A stretch of DNA of 44,921 nt, taken from assembly GCA_030586555.1 (NCBI GenBank), contig JAURAC010000027.1, forward strand, positions 1 through 44,921, read 5' to 3'. Below the pieces are notes generated by a model, which was not told the DNA's origin, ran no database searches, and saw only the letters and a list, made by a program, of their open reading frames with translations. Shown piece by piece: positions 28,057 through 37,737 of the stretch; the first letter of the stretch is position 1; each line of letters begins with the position of its first letter. This stretch comes from Candidatus Subterrananammoxibius californiae (GTDB lineage Bacteria; Planctomycetota; Brocadiia; Brocadiales; Subterrananammoxibiaceae). The position numbers and the translations under genes were made by a program.

Positions 28057-28236
28057 TTACTTCAGACCCAAATATTTTCTAATATGCTTTGCCAATGTGT
28101 CATCTATCTCCGTGTGCCTTGGAACAGGTTGTTTCTTTCCTGTAAAAGGGTTCACATAAATATCGTGCTTTGCTCCAGACCTTAAAAGGACACATCCTTC
28201 CCTCATGAGTTGACGAATAAACTCTTTTCGCTTCAC
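28057..28236 (-). CDS. hicA: HicA-family toxin
   Basis: Not in the ORF track; translated by hand from a GTG start: MKRKEFIRQLMREGCVLLRSGAKHDIYVNP...VPRHTEI. It overlaps the hicB stop. Confidence 0.88.
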   Translation of the reverse strand: MKRKEFIRQLMREGCVLLRSGAKHDIYVNPFTGKKQPVPRHTEIDDTLAKHIRKYLGLK

Positions 28237-28424
28237 AACGCAATTTCTTTCGTTTGGTATTCTTCCGGCACATCATCCATTGCCATTAAAAGATACGCAT
28301 CCTTAATATTTTCTTCTAATTCCTCAAGGGTTTCTCCCTGTGTCATAATTTCTGGATGTTCGAGAAGTTTCCCAAGCCAAAATTTCTCTCTCTTCCAGTA
28401 AATCATAGTCATTTTTGTTTTCAT
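28233..28424 (-). CDS. hicB: HicB-family antitoxin (short)
   Basis: PEIMTQGETLEELEENIKDA motif. Confidence 0.88.
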   Translation of the reverse strand: MKTKMTMIYWKREKFWLGKLLEHPEIMTQGETLEELEENIKDAYLLMAMDDVPEEYQTKEIAL

Positions 28425-28478
28425 AATCCATCCTTCCACAAATCAAGCATCTCAAAACTGCTTTGGAAAGAAAAATTC

Positions 28479-30497
28479 TTAATTACAGAAAATCTCTGGT
28501 AAGATTTCTGTAGCGATACCGCGAAGATGCTTGGTGGTCTTATCAGGGTCGTCAAAACTGCAAATGTTTTCTGCAATCTTTTTCGCATCCTCATAAGTAA
28601 TTGACCTGATAACCTTTTTGACCTCGGGGATTATCATAGCGGGGGCGACGCTAAGCTCACTCAAACCCAACCCCACAAGCAGGATGGTAAACTCCAGGTC
28701 GCTTCCCATTTCACCACAAATCCCAACCGGGATATTGTTTTCTTCTGCTGCTTTTATAGTCATCTTTAACAGCCTGAGAATGGCAGGATGCGCCTGTGAA
28801 TATAGATAAGCCACCCTCTCGTTATCCCTATCTACCGCTAAGGAGTATTGGATAAGGTCATTGGTGCCAATGCTAAAGAAGTTAACCTCTTTTGCCAGTG
28901 CATCAGCTATTATAACTGCAGATGGAACCTCAATCATTACACCCATCTGAATTTTGTCATCAAATGGTATCCCCTCATGGGAAAGCTCATCCATCACCTT
29001 TCTAACCATATGTTTCGCCTGTCTTAACTCTTGTAGGGAGGATATGAGAGGAAACAAGATTTTTATGTTGCCATTAGCAGATGCCCGCAAAATAGCTCGA
29101 ATTTGAGCCGTAAAGATATCAGGATGTTCAAAGCAATAGCGGATAGAACGGCAACCCAGGAATGGATTGCGCTCCCTATGGCCATCGCCGCTAATAAATT
29201 TGTCTGCCCCAAGGTCAACAGTTCTAATTATTATTGGCTTGTCACCCAGCTCCCGAACCGCCTCTGAATAAGCGTTAAAGTGGTCCGCCTCTGTAGGTAA
29301 TGCATCAGTTCCAAGATAAAGGAATTCGGTCCTGTAAAGCCCAATACCTCCAGCGCCATGCTCAAGCGTCGTGCTTATCTCTTTTGGAGACTCTATATTG
29401 CCTAAAAGTGAGATTAATCGTCCGTCTGGCGTTTCTGCTGGAACGTCCTTAAGCTCTGCACTCAGTTTTACCTCGAAGACACGTATCTTTTTTTCCCTTG
29501 TCCTATATTCCCTGAGCGTTTTTTCATCAGGCCTGACAATGACAATACCGTGATTACCATCTATAATAACATAATCCCCGCCAAAAACATCGGTAGTAAC
29601 ATTGCCAAGACCCACGACTGCAGGAATACCCAATGCCTTTGCCACAATTGCTGAATGCGAAGTCCGACCGCCGACATCAGTAGCAAACCCTTTAACCTTT
29701 GTTGTGTCGAGGGATACGGTCTCAGAAGGGCTTAGGTCGTGGGCAACTAACACAACTTCGTCCGTCAGCGCCTTCAATTCCTGTTTCTTTTCACCCAGCA
29801 ACTTTCTCAGTAATCTTCTTTCGATATCGAAAATATCGCTTACCCGTTCTGAAAGGAACGGGTCCTCTACTACACGGAGTTTTCTTATATAGACTCGAAG
29901 CGAAAGGGATATTGAATACTCTGGTGTAAATTTTGTCTTTTCGATTCGTTCTATAAACTCACGTTTGAGGCGTTCATCATGAAGTATTGTACGATGGGTT
30001 CCAAATATAGCCCCTATTTCTGAACCAAGTTTAATAGAAACTTCCCTTTCGAGCGCATCAATTTCCTTGCTTGCCTCTTCAAGAGCCTTCTCAAGTCTCT
30101 TTATCTCGTGTGGAACTTCCTTTGGTGTGATAAGATGGCGGGGAATGCGGTAACCCTCTGTTTCATACACGAAGGCTTCCCGCACAACAACGCCCGGGGA
30201 TACGCCAAGCCCCATTATCGTCTCCATCTGCTCCTCTTCGAATTTGTCACTTATAAGGCCTCTGAGCGCATCGAGAGCCTCCGGGGCATCATCACCATGT
30301 GCTGTAATAATAAGCTCCGTGCCCTTCTCCGCTGCAAGCGTAAGCAGGTCTATAACGCTTTTACCATCCGCTTCTTTGCCCTTGGCAAATATCTTGATTT
30401 CCGAATCGAATTTATTGGCGATTTCTACAAAGCGGGTTGCAGGCCTGGCGTGTAATCCGTTAACATTTACTATTTTTACTTTTCGTTTTAAAAACAT
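28479..30497 (-). CDS. ptsI: HPr-Enzyme I fusion of the PTS
   Basis: N-terminal GLHARPA and KSVIDLLTL (HPr), then TSHSAIVA, GLYRTEF, SIGTNDL and CGEM (Enzyme I). Confidence 0.92.
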   Translation of the reverse strand: MFLKRKVKIVNVNGLHARPATRFVEIANKFDSEIKIFAKGKEADGKSVIDLLTLAAEKGTELIITAHGDDAPEALDALRGLISDKFEEEQMETIMGLGVSPGVVVREAFVYETEGYRIPRHLITPKEVPHEIKRLEKALEEASKEIDALEREVSIKLGSEIGAIFGTHRTILHDERLKREFIERIEKTKFTPEYSISLSLRVYIRKLRVVEDPFLSERVSDIFDIERRLLRKLLGEKKQELKALTDEVVLVAHDLSPSETVSLDTTKVKGFATDVGGRTSHSAIVAKALGIPAVVGLGNVTTDVFGGDYVIIDGNHGIVIVRPDEKTLREYRTREKKIRVFEVKLSAELKDVPAETPDGRLISLLGNIESPKEISTTLEHGAGGIGLYRTEFLYLGTDALPTEADHFNAYSEAVRELGDKPIIIRTVDLGADKFISGDGHRERNPFLGCRSIRYCFEHPDIFTAQIRAILRASANGNIKILFPLISSLQELRQAKHMVRKVMDELSHEGIPFDDKIQMGVMIEVPSAVIIADALAKEVNFFSIGTNDLIQYSLAVDRDNERVAYLYSQAHPAILRLLKMTIKAAEENNIPVGICGEMGSDLEFTILLVGLGLSELSVAPAMIIPEVKKVIRSITYEDAKKIAENICSFDDPDKTTKHLRGIATEILPEIFCN

Positions 30498-30539
30498 ATT
30501 TCGAATTTTGTCCGCCTTATGCGGATAAAAATGTTTAAG

Positions 30540-31010
30540 TCACGGTTGCAGCTCATCCATGTCCTTTATTATTTCTACCATTTCAGCTTTCCCTTGCGCC
30601 TCCCTCATAAAGCGGCGAAAGTCATTATTCCTTATTACGGTAGAGATTCGTTCGAGTGCGGCTAAATGGGTTCCTGCCGAGTCATTGGGAGAAAGGAGCA
30701 GAAAAACAATATAGACAGGCTCTCCGTCTAACGAATCAAACTCAATGCCTTTTTTTGACCGTGCAACAGTTCCTACAAGCGATGTAATGGACTCGTGCTT
30801 TGTATGCGGAACGGCAACCCCCTTTCCTATACCCGTGCTTCCTAATTGCTCCCTTTTGATGAGGGACTTCATTATGCCCTCGACATCCTTGTGGTCTACC
30901 TTTTGTACATTAATGAGGGAACAAAGTATTTCACGTATGGCGTCCTCCTTTTTTGTGGACTGAATGTCTGGCAATACAGCCTCTTTTACTACAAAATCAG
31001 TAAGTTTCAT
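30540..31010 (-). CDS. PTS EIIA component (Ntr/Fru type)
   Basis: REQLGSTGIGKGVAVPH and FDSLDGEPV motifs. Confidence 0.9.
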   Translation of the reverse strand: MKLTDFVVKEAVLPDIQSTKKEDAIREILCSLINVQKVDHKDVEGIMKSLIKREQLGSTGIGKGVAVPHTKHESITSLVGTVARSKKGIEFDSLDGEPVYIVFLLLSPNDSAGTHLAALERISTVIRNNDFRRFMREAQGKAEMVEIIKDMDELQP

Positions 31011-31146
31011 CAAAACCTCCAAGTAGCCACGCCTTTCGGCAGGCTCGTAATGGTGAACCTGCTTCAGGTGGGTCGAACTGCTCAGTATTACTCAATACAT
31101 AAACTTTCTTCTTCTTGCTAAGGGCATTTTTTTCGCCTAAGAATAA

Positions 31147-31515
31147 TTAAGTTATATCAGAAGCCATTGGTTCTATAGGCTCAATACCCCCTTCTATTTC
31201 TTGAATGAGCCCTTTCTTTCTATTTCTTTTATTATACAACTTTTCCTTGTGACGTGTAAGTTGTCTTTCTAACTTATCTACCGCCAAATCTATTGCAGCA
31301 TACATATCGGTAGCTGCAACCTCAGCAATGAGTGTAGAGCCCCTTGTCGCAGAGACAATCATTTCAGCCGTTTGTCTTTCACCTTCCACATCTAACGTAA
31401 CCTGTATCTTCCTGATTCTATCAAAAAACCTCTCAAGCTTTGACGCTTTTTTGCGTGCGTACTCCTTCATTGCTTCAGTGATGCTCAGATGACGTCCCGA
31501 TATTGTTATATCCAA
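31147..31515 (-). CDS. hpf: Ribosome hibernation promoting factor
   Basis: ITISGRHL and DMYAAIDLAVDKLERQL.RHKEK motifs. Confidence 0.92.
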   Translation of the reverse strand: MDITISGRHLSITEAMKEYARKKASKLERFFDRIRKIQVTLDVEGERQTAEMIVSATRGSTLIAEVAATDMYAAIDLAVDKLERQLTRHKEKLYNKRNRKKGLIQEIEGGIEPIEPMASDIT

Positions 31516-31612
31516 GATAGTCCCCTTTCATATTAAAGACGGCTTGGTGTTCCGTCGCCTTCGGCTAAGGACACCTTGCAGGTTTCGTCATATTTACAAT
31601 CTTCAACTTTAA

Positions 31613-31641
31613 ACTTTAGCACATTAATATAAGTGTGTCAA
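31613..31641 (-). promoter_or_regulatory. Sigma70-like promoter of hpf-PTS
   Basis: TTGACA-17 bp-TAAAGT. Confidence 0.55.
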
Positions 31642-31657
31642 CACCTTTTTACGCCCT

Positions 31658-32824
31658 TCATACACACATACGCATGGCTTCCTCGGCTGCCCTAAAAGAT
31701 GCACCTGGTTCACCTATCAGTTCTTTTATAAGTCTAAGACCTTCAATGTGTTTTTCCCTCTTTTCCTCGTCGCAGATTAAATCCAGTGCATGGGATGCAA
31801 TCCATTTTGCATCATCTCTATACATCAGCGCCTCTGGAACAATCTCACTATCTGCAAGTTTATTAACAAGGCTTATATAGGGTGGAATATGGGGGTTGGC
31901 AATGAAGTAACTTATGGGTGATAGTCTGTAGCATATTATCATGGGGACAAGGTGAGAGGCTATCTCAAGGGTAATCGTTCCAGAACTCGTTATGCAAAGG
32001 GTAGATGCCTTAATTACCTCTGATATGTTACCAACAACGATTTCATACGGCAATGTAGCCGCTCCGCCTGAGGCGGACAGCCTGCGCAAAAAATCATGAA
32101 CAATATTCTCAATAAGCCCCCTATATGCCTCCTCGCTACAAGAGATAACGAACTTGGCAGAGGGCATGACTTTGAGGATTCTTTCTGCCGCCTTCAAGAA
32201 CAGAGGCATCAGTCTCTTTACTTCCTGAACACGGCTACCAGGTAATAAGGCAATCAAAGAATCATGGGGACTGAAGGCTGAGGGCTGAGGGCTGAGGGCT
32301 GACTCCTTCGCAATCTCATCAAATAGTGGATGACCAACATATTTTACAGGAATACCAGCCTTTCTATAAAACTCCTCCTCAAAGGGATAGATAACAACCA
32401 TCTTATCCACCAGTTTTTTTATCTTCCTTGTGCGCCAAGGCCCATGCGCCCAAAGCTGTGGACTTATGTAATACATAACTGGAATCCCCCGCTTTTTTGC
32501 AGCCCTGGCAAGGTGAAAGTTAAAGCCGCAATAATCAATCAGAATAACCAGTAGGGGCGTATTGCGATACGCCCCTACATGCTTATCAAAGAATTTAACG
32601 CAATCTGAATAAATACGCCACAACTCAACAATCTTTGTAAGCCCGTGAAGCCACATCACAGACCGCCCGCCCATATCATGAAGGCAATGTAAGCCCGCAT
32701 CAATCATCCTTTCCTTACCAAGCCCATATGTTTCAACGGAAGGGTTCAGCTTCTTAAGAGCCAATATCAAATTTGCACCATGAACATCCCCCGACGCCTC
32801 ACCAGCGCTAATAAATATTTTCAT
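31658..32824 (-). CDS. lpxB: Lipid-A-disaccharide synthase
   Basis: ISAGEASGD, SPQLWA, PFEE, VGHP, LLPGSR and SGTITLE motifs. Confidence 0.95.
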   Translation of the reverse strand: MKIFISAGEASGDVHGANLILALKKLNPSVETYGLGKERMIDAGLHCLHDMGGRSVMWLHGLTKIVELWRIYSDCVKFFDKHVGAYRNTPLLVILIDYCGFNFHLARAAKKRGIPVMYYISPQLWAHGPWRTRKIKKLVDKMVVIYPFEEEFYRKAGIPVKYVGHPLFDEIAKESALSPQPSAFSPHDSLIALLPGSRVQEVKRLMPLFLKAAERILKVMPSAKFVISCSEEAYRGLIENIVHDFLRRLSASGGAATLPYEIVVGNISEVIKASTLCITSSGTITLEIASHLVPMIICYRLSPISYFIANPHIPPYISLVNKLADSEIVPEALMYRDDAKWIASHALDLICDEEKREKHIEGLRLIKELIGEPGASFRAAEEAMRMCV

Positions 32825-32923
32825 AGCATTCCCAGATAAAGGCAAAAAACTCTGGACCTCTTTGCCTTTTCGCCCCTTAACCTTCCAGGTATTACCCTAT
32901 TCATTACCCTATTAAAGAGCTTG

Positions 32924-33964
32924 TTACCCTATTTGCCTCCATCTGGCAGATTGACCCTTACCAAGACAGCATATCTTCTTATTTTTTTGCAGCTGCCTGA
33001 ACACCACTCTAACCATGTCTCGGCTTATGCCGGGGCATAATTTCTCAATATCGGATATTGAGAATTCACCTATCTGTCTATTAATTGCCTGAATAATAAC
33101 CTCTGTCTTTGCGCCGCGAGGATGCTTAATCCTGCCAGCTCTTTGTTCAAATTCACGATACGCCGAATTTACCGTTCCCAAAAAGTAATACAGCCATGGC
33201 TCGATATTATGTTTTCCCTCATGCCAATATTTAGAACTTTTTTGCAATGCCTCATAGTAGGTTTCTTTTGATTGTTCTATTATCCGCTCAAGACTAATGT
33301 ATTTTCCTACCTCGTAGCCATGATGATATAATGCAAGAAGCTTAAGCAATCTTGATACCCTGCCATTGCCATCTCTAAATGGATGAATACAAAGGAAATC
33401 CAGAATAAGGCAAGCGACAGCATAAAGGGAAGGATATTTCAGTTGGTCTATACTATGTTCATATGCCAAACATAGTTGCTTTATCGCCCCAGGCGTAAAA
33501 GCTGCCGATACCGGCTTAAAGATTACATCTAAAGTGCCGTCAGGATTCTTTCTTATAATTTCGTTATCCTTCTTCTTCCACTCGCCTGCATCATCTGTTT
33601 CGGCATGGCTCAAACGATGCAATTCTAAAATCGTTTCTGGAGATATATCTAAACTTTCGTGTTTTTTATGAATAAAATCAAGCGCCTTACGATATCCTGC
33701 CACCTCCTCCTCTGACCTATCTTTAGGCTTACTATGACCTATTATAAGCGGTCTTAGTCTATTCCTTTCTACGGTTACCCCCTCAATTCGATTAGACGAT
33801 TCAGCGCTTTCTATCAGCGCAATCTCAACAAGGGTTTTAAGTAATTGTGGCGATTGCCTGATATACAGTTCTTGCCTCCCCTTGTATTCAGATATAGAAT
33901 TCATAAGCCAAATAGCCCCCAACGGAAGCTTCATATCTTTATTTGTTCTTTTAAATGAATTCAT
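32924..33964 (-). CDS. Fic-domain protein
   Basis: HPFRDGNGRVSR catalytic motif, N-terminal SNRIEG inhibitory motif, C-terminal HTH-like region. Confidence 0.92.
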   Translation of the reverse strand: MNSFKRTNKDMKLPLGAIWLMNSISEYKGRQELYIRQSPQLLKTLVEIALIESAESSNRIEGVTVERNRLRPLIIGHSKPKDRSEEEVAGYRKALDFIHKKHESLDISPETILELHRLSHAETDDAGEWKKKDNEIIRKNPDGTLDVIFKPVSAAFTPGAIKQLCLAYEHSIDQLKYPSLYAVACLILDFLCIHPFRDGNGRVSRLLKLLALYHHGYEVGKYISLERIIEQSKETYYEALQKSSKYWHEGKHNIEPWLYYFLGTVNSAYREFEQRAGRIKHPRGAKTEVIIQAINRQIGEFSISDIEKLCPGISRDMVRVVFRQLQKNKKICCLGKGQSARWRQIG

Positions 33965-33976
33965 CGCTTCTAAGTA

Positions 33977-34036
33977 TCAAATATTAGCCCCATGAATATC
34001 CCCCGACGCCTCTCCAGCGCTAATAAATATTTTCAT
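33977..34036 (-). pseudogene. Truncated duplicate of the lpxB 5' end
   Basis: Encodes MKIFISAGEASGDIHGANI*; nearly identical to 32779-32824. Confidence 0.85.
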
Positions 34037-34425
34037 GCGTTCTCACCAAACATAGTATTAATGAATCTTTCTGCTTCCTCAATATCTTTCTTTATCTCTT
34101 TACAGGTTAGTTTACTTTCAACTATTGGCGGATAACGATCGGCAAAATAATATCCTGAAACTCGCTCACATAGGCTGCGAAATACTTCCAAGTTAGGATT
34201 ATAAATAACCGCATCGCTGAGTAAATCATGGAGCGCATGGATTTTTCTCAATTTCCAACCGTGCAGAAGTAAAAAAGCTTTTAAATGCTTTTCTAATGAT
34301 TGTTGCAAATAATAACTTGCCGCTTCGGCGTCATTGTCTCTTATGTTTCTTTTAATACGCTCCCAATCCTTTCGTGCCGCCTTTTTCCAATCCTCAGGAA
34401 TAAGAGAATCCTCGTGTTTTTTCAT
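34033..34425 (-). CDS. HEPN domain protein
   Basis: QQSLEKHLKA, KIHAL and RYP motifs. Confidence 0.88.
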   Translation of the reverse strand: MKKHEDSLIPEDWKKAARKDWERIKRNIRDNDAEAASYYLQQSLEKHLKAFLLLHGWKLRKIHALHDLLSDAVIYNPNLEVFRSLCERVSGYYFADRYPPIVESKLTCKEIKKDIEEAERFINTMFGENA

Positions 34426-34739
34426 AATTCCATTCCTTCGTCTAATATCTCTTGCACAAACGGGTCTCCTATCTCTAATCTTTTTGCCACCTCTTTAGGA
34501 CTCAAAACAATTGGCGAAAGGGCAAGACCATTGTAAAGGTCTCGAACCACTGCAAGGACTGTTGCCATTCTCTCAAAGAATCGCTCTGTAGTCGGGGCTA
34601 TAACAAGGATATCCACATCGCTATCCTCTGTAGCCTCTCCTCTGGCATAAGAACCAAATAGAATGACTCTTTGGGCGCCGTATTCCCTCTTGAGCCTTTC
34701 GCTTATCGCCTTTATCCGTTTCATTACATCCTTCATTCT
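34422..34739 (-). CDS. Minimal nucleotidyltransferase (MNT)
   Basis: ILFGSYARGEATEDSDVDILV. Confidence 0.9.
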   Translation of the reverse strand, partial: RMKDVMKRIKAISERLKREYGAQRVILFGSYARGEATEDSDVDILVIAPTTERFFERMATVLAVVRDLYNGLALSPIVLSPKEVAKRLEIGDPFVQEILDEGMEL

Positions 34740-34797
34740 AACATCTACTTGAGGCAAAGTTTTATCTCCTCTAATTCTTTACTTGTCCTGATGAATA

Positions 34798-35022
34798 TCA
34801 GGAATCGTCCTTTATGTCTCTTTGAGATATGCTTCCAAGGCAACCGAAATTCCCCTCACCCCAGTGAACCACACGATTTTCTCCGAAAAATACTCTCCTG
34901 CCTTGCTTCAAATACACTCTGGCCACTTCCCTCAAAAAAGCGATATAACAGCCAACAAGGGCTTGTTCAAGTTTATCGAATTGCCCTTTAGTTTCTTTCC
35001 ATAGAGATTCAAGTTCTTTCAC
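34798..35022 (-). CDS. Hypothetical protein, possibly truncated
   Basis: 74 aa, coupled to the upstream ORF. Confidence 0.4.
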   Translation of the reverse strand: MKELESLWKETKGQFDKLEQALVGCYIAFLREVARVYLKQGRRVFFGENRVVHWGEGNFGCLGSISQRDIKDDS

Positions 35023-35534
35023 TTAATAAGTTCCTCAATCTCCGTCTTAATCGTTTCTGTTAAACTTTTTACTGTCCCTGCATCTTTATATGTTAATGTC
35101 TCGTACAATATTTCACCAATCCAGATACCAATAACCTCCGCTTTTTGTTTTGGGGTCTTTGCTTTAGAAAAATCATATCCTTCTTTAGAGATGCCGTATT
35201 TCTTTAAAGGTCTCATCAACCTTTCAGCATAGGCAATAATCTTATCCTCGAGGGAAGAAGAACCAACAAAAACATATCGTTTACCTGTAACCTTTTCTAA
35301 ATCCTGTAGAGCATCCCTCACCACCTCATTATTAATCTCTTTTACATGGACAACGATGTCATAAATTCCATCCTTTCCTTTTGTTATTCCAGATTTAAGA
35401 TTATTACTTTCCCCTTCTTTGAGGGTGTATATGGTAGCAATGACTTTTCTACTCGGGTCAATAAGGTCATCCCATTGGCAGGGATATTCGCAGGTTGGTT
35501 TAACCCTTATTATTTTCTTGCGTTCCTTCATCAA
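35019..35534 (-). CDS. Hypothetical protein
   Basis: 171 aa with a purine-rich RBS. Confidence 0.6.
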   Translation of the reverse strand: MMKERKKIIRVKPTCEYPCQWDDLIDPSRKVIATIYTLKEGESNNLKSGITKGKDGIYDIVVHVKEINNEVVRDALQDLEKVTGKRYVFVGSSSLEDKIIAYAERLMRPLKKYGISKEGYDFSKAKTPKQKAEVIGIWIGEILYETLTYKDAGTVKSLTETIKTEIEELIK

Positions 35535-35618
35535 ACCCCTTCCCCTTCTATAATTCCACTCATATCAACCTAAGATAATTGTTTGATTTTTAGTCAAGGT
35601 TAATAAGTACCATAAAAA

Positions 35619-36650
35619 CTATGCTTTCTTTAAATTATCAACATACCCACAAAAATCATTCCAATATTCTGGAGATACACCTGTTAGTTTTTCTATCTTA
35701 TCGCAAACAGCTTTATCTGGATTAACCGCCACAACTTTTATATTTATCCGTGAGCTTGTTGCTGAATTAAGTAACCATTTAAGATAATAATCAGAATCTG
35801 GAAGAGCCATTCCAATTAACACCAGTTCATCCGCCTCCTTTATCTTTCTAAAAGCTAAGCTCCACAATAGACCTAACTTGGGATATTCGTCAAAGGTTTT
35901 ATTCATGGTGGGTGGTATAATTACCGAGACCAAAGGCGAACCACAATTTCTACACAAATTTCCTGGGAAGTAATGAGCCCCTTCAAGTCCAATCACATTA
36001 GGAAAAAAGTGTTGATGATTTCCACACGTAGAGTTTGCACAATAAAGCCAGTCAATCGAACCATGTAGTTTCAAATAGTACCCTAAGCCAGTTTCTTTGT
36101 GAAGTAAAGAAGGTGGTTCCCCTGCCTCACTTATTATTAAAGGTTTACCTATTAAATCATACATCCTCTTTAATAAACAGCCATTTCTTAAAATTCCATC
36201 GTCTTTTGGTGAAATCTCATGCAAGGTATAATCTACAATCAGGTCATAATTTAAGGTTATAATACTATCCTGGTCATTTAATTGGTCAAAAAGGTCTTTG
36301 TGTTTCTCACACCAAAGTCGCCCATTTTTAGGTTGGTACGTCAATCTTTTATGAACGTAAAGGCTGAATTCCCTTCTGGCATCATAAAAATAAGTCTCGG
36401 GATGTTCTCCAAATGCTCCAAACTTATCCATGCTTAACTCTAAACGGGTAATCACATCCTCCAGATTGAGCTTAGTAATATTAACATTGGGAAATACCTT
36501 TTCTATAAATTTATGAAGTGCAGGATATTCACCATCCTTAAAAGTCTCCTTCGTGAAAAATTCACTCATTGTAGGCAGTTCAAAATCAGAAGCTTTAGAT
36601 GCCCCTGCCCCCAAGAAATATACCCTTTTCTTTGAATTGCTATTTTTCAT
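35619..36650 (-). CDS. SIR2-like protein
   Basis: FLGAGAS, ITLNYD and LKLHGS motifs, Cys cluster, IIPPT. Confidence 0.88.
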   Translation of the reverse strand: MKNSNSKKRVYFLGAGASKASDFELPTMSEFFTKETFKDGEYPALHKFIEKVFPNVNITKLNLEDVITRLELSMDKFGAFGEHPETYFYDARREFSLYVHKRLTYQPKNGRLWCEKHKDLFDQLNDQDSIITLNYDLIVDYTLHEISPKDDGILRNGCLLKRMYDLIGKPLIISEAGEPPSLLHKETGLGYYLKLHGSIDWLYCANSTCGNHQHFFPNVIGLEGAHYFPGNLCRNCGSPLVSVIIPPTMNKTFDEYPKLGLLWSLAFRKIKEADELVLIGMALPDSDYYLKWLLNSATSSRINIKVVAVNPDKAVCDKIEKLTGVSPEYWNDFCGYVDNLKKA

Positions 36651-36702
36651 TTACTTCAACACCATTTTACCAAAAAAGATTATTGGGTTTGCAAGCGCAA
36701 TA

Positions 36703-37050
36703 TTATTTTCCTTGCAAATCTTGAAGAACCTTTTTAACGAGCGGTTTTATTTGAGGTATGCGCTCTTTAACAACCAGCCAGACCTTTTGCGGGTCAACGC
36801 CAAAATAAAAATGAATTACCTTATCTCTCATACCTGCCATCTCCTTCCACGGTATATCAGGATATTTATGCTGGATGGTACCTGGAATGTTTTTCGCTGC
36901 TTCACCAATGATTTCTATACATCTAACAACAGCATATAATGTCTTTGTATCTCTATAGAACTGGTCATACGATAAATCCTCAATAAACCCTTAGGCAATT
37001 TGCATATTTGTAAGGATATCTTTAATATAGAGAGGGATATTGCGGGTCAT
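36703..37050 (-). pseudogene. HepT/DUF86 toxin with a nonsense codon
   Basis: Translated by hand: MTRNIPLYIKDILTNMQIA*GF...IIGEAAKNIP...IPWKEMAGMRDKVIHFYFGVD; TAA at 36991-36993. Confidence 0.85.
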
Positions 37051-37340
37051 AGATACACCGTTTCTTTAAAGATTTCTTCTTTTAGTTCTTCTCTTATATC
37101 TTCCTTTGGAACGAGGTCAACCTTTGTTTCTAAAATCTCGCTGAGGTAAATTTCTGCCCCAACAAGTTCAAGCAAACTTATAGGTTTTTCAAACTCTGCC
37201 AGAAGGTCAATATCGCTCTTTTTCTTTTGCTTCCCCCGGATATAAGAGCCGAATATGCCAACGATTTTAACCCCGTACTTGTACATTAAAACATCCTTGT
37301 GCTTGTTTATTATCTCTTTGATTTCATCTAATGTTTTCAT
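37047..37340 (-). CDS. MNT antitoxin (MntA-like)
   Basis: FGSYIRG...SDIDLL and KVDLV motifs. Confidence 0.9.
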   Translation of the reverse strand: MKTLDEIKEIINKHKDVLMYKYGVKIVGIFGSYIRGKQKKKSDIDLLAEFEKPISLLELVGAEIYLSEILETKVDLVPKEDIREELKEEIFKETVYL

Positions 37341-37392
37341 GGCTTACCACCAGATTAAAGGTTTTATAACACCATTTTACCAAAAAACATAA

Positions 37393-37737
37393 TCAGGTTT
37401 GCAAGTCTTGAAGAACCTTTTTAACATGGGGTTTAATCGGGGGCAATTCTTCTTTTATAACTGTCCAGACAATTTCCAGGTCTACTCCTGAATACTCATG
37501 AATGAGTTTGTCTCGCATACCTGCCATCCGCTTCCATGGAATATTAAGGTACCTCTCTCTTATATCTTCAGGTATGCGCTTTGCCGCTTCTCCTAATACC
37601 TCAAGACTTCTTATGACGGCGTTAATAGTTTTCTTATCTGTTAAAAATGCCTCAAAACCCATACCTTCGGTAAATTCTTCTACCTCTTTTATAGCATTGA
37701 GTATATCGGCAATATAATCACCCCAATCCTTTTTCAT
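37393..37737 (-). CDS. HepT/DUF86 ribonuclease toxin
   Basis: GEAAKRIP and GMRDKLIHEY (RX4HXY). Confidence 0.92.
   Translation of the reverse strand: MKKDWGDYIADILNAIKEVEEFTEGMGFEAFLTDKKTINAVIRSLEVLGEAAKRIPEDIRERYLNIPWKRMAGMRDKLIHEYSGVDLEIVWTVIKEELPPIKPHVKKVLQDLQT

Noticed and set aside
36553..36939. 128-aa plus-strand ORF
   Set aside because: It is antisense to the HepT pseudogene and the SIR2 start.
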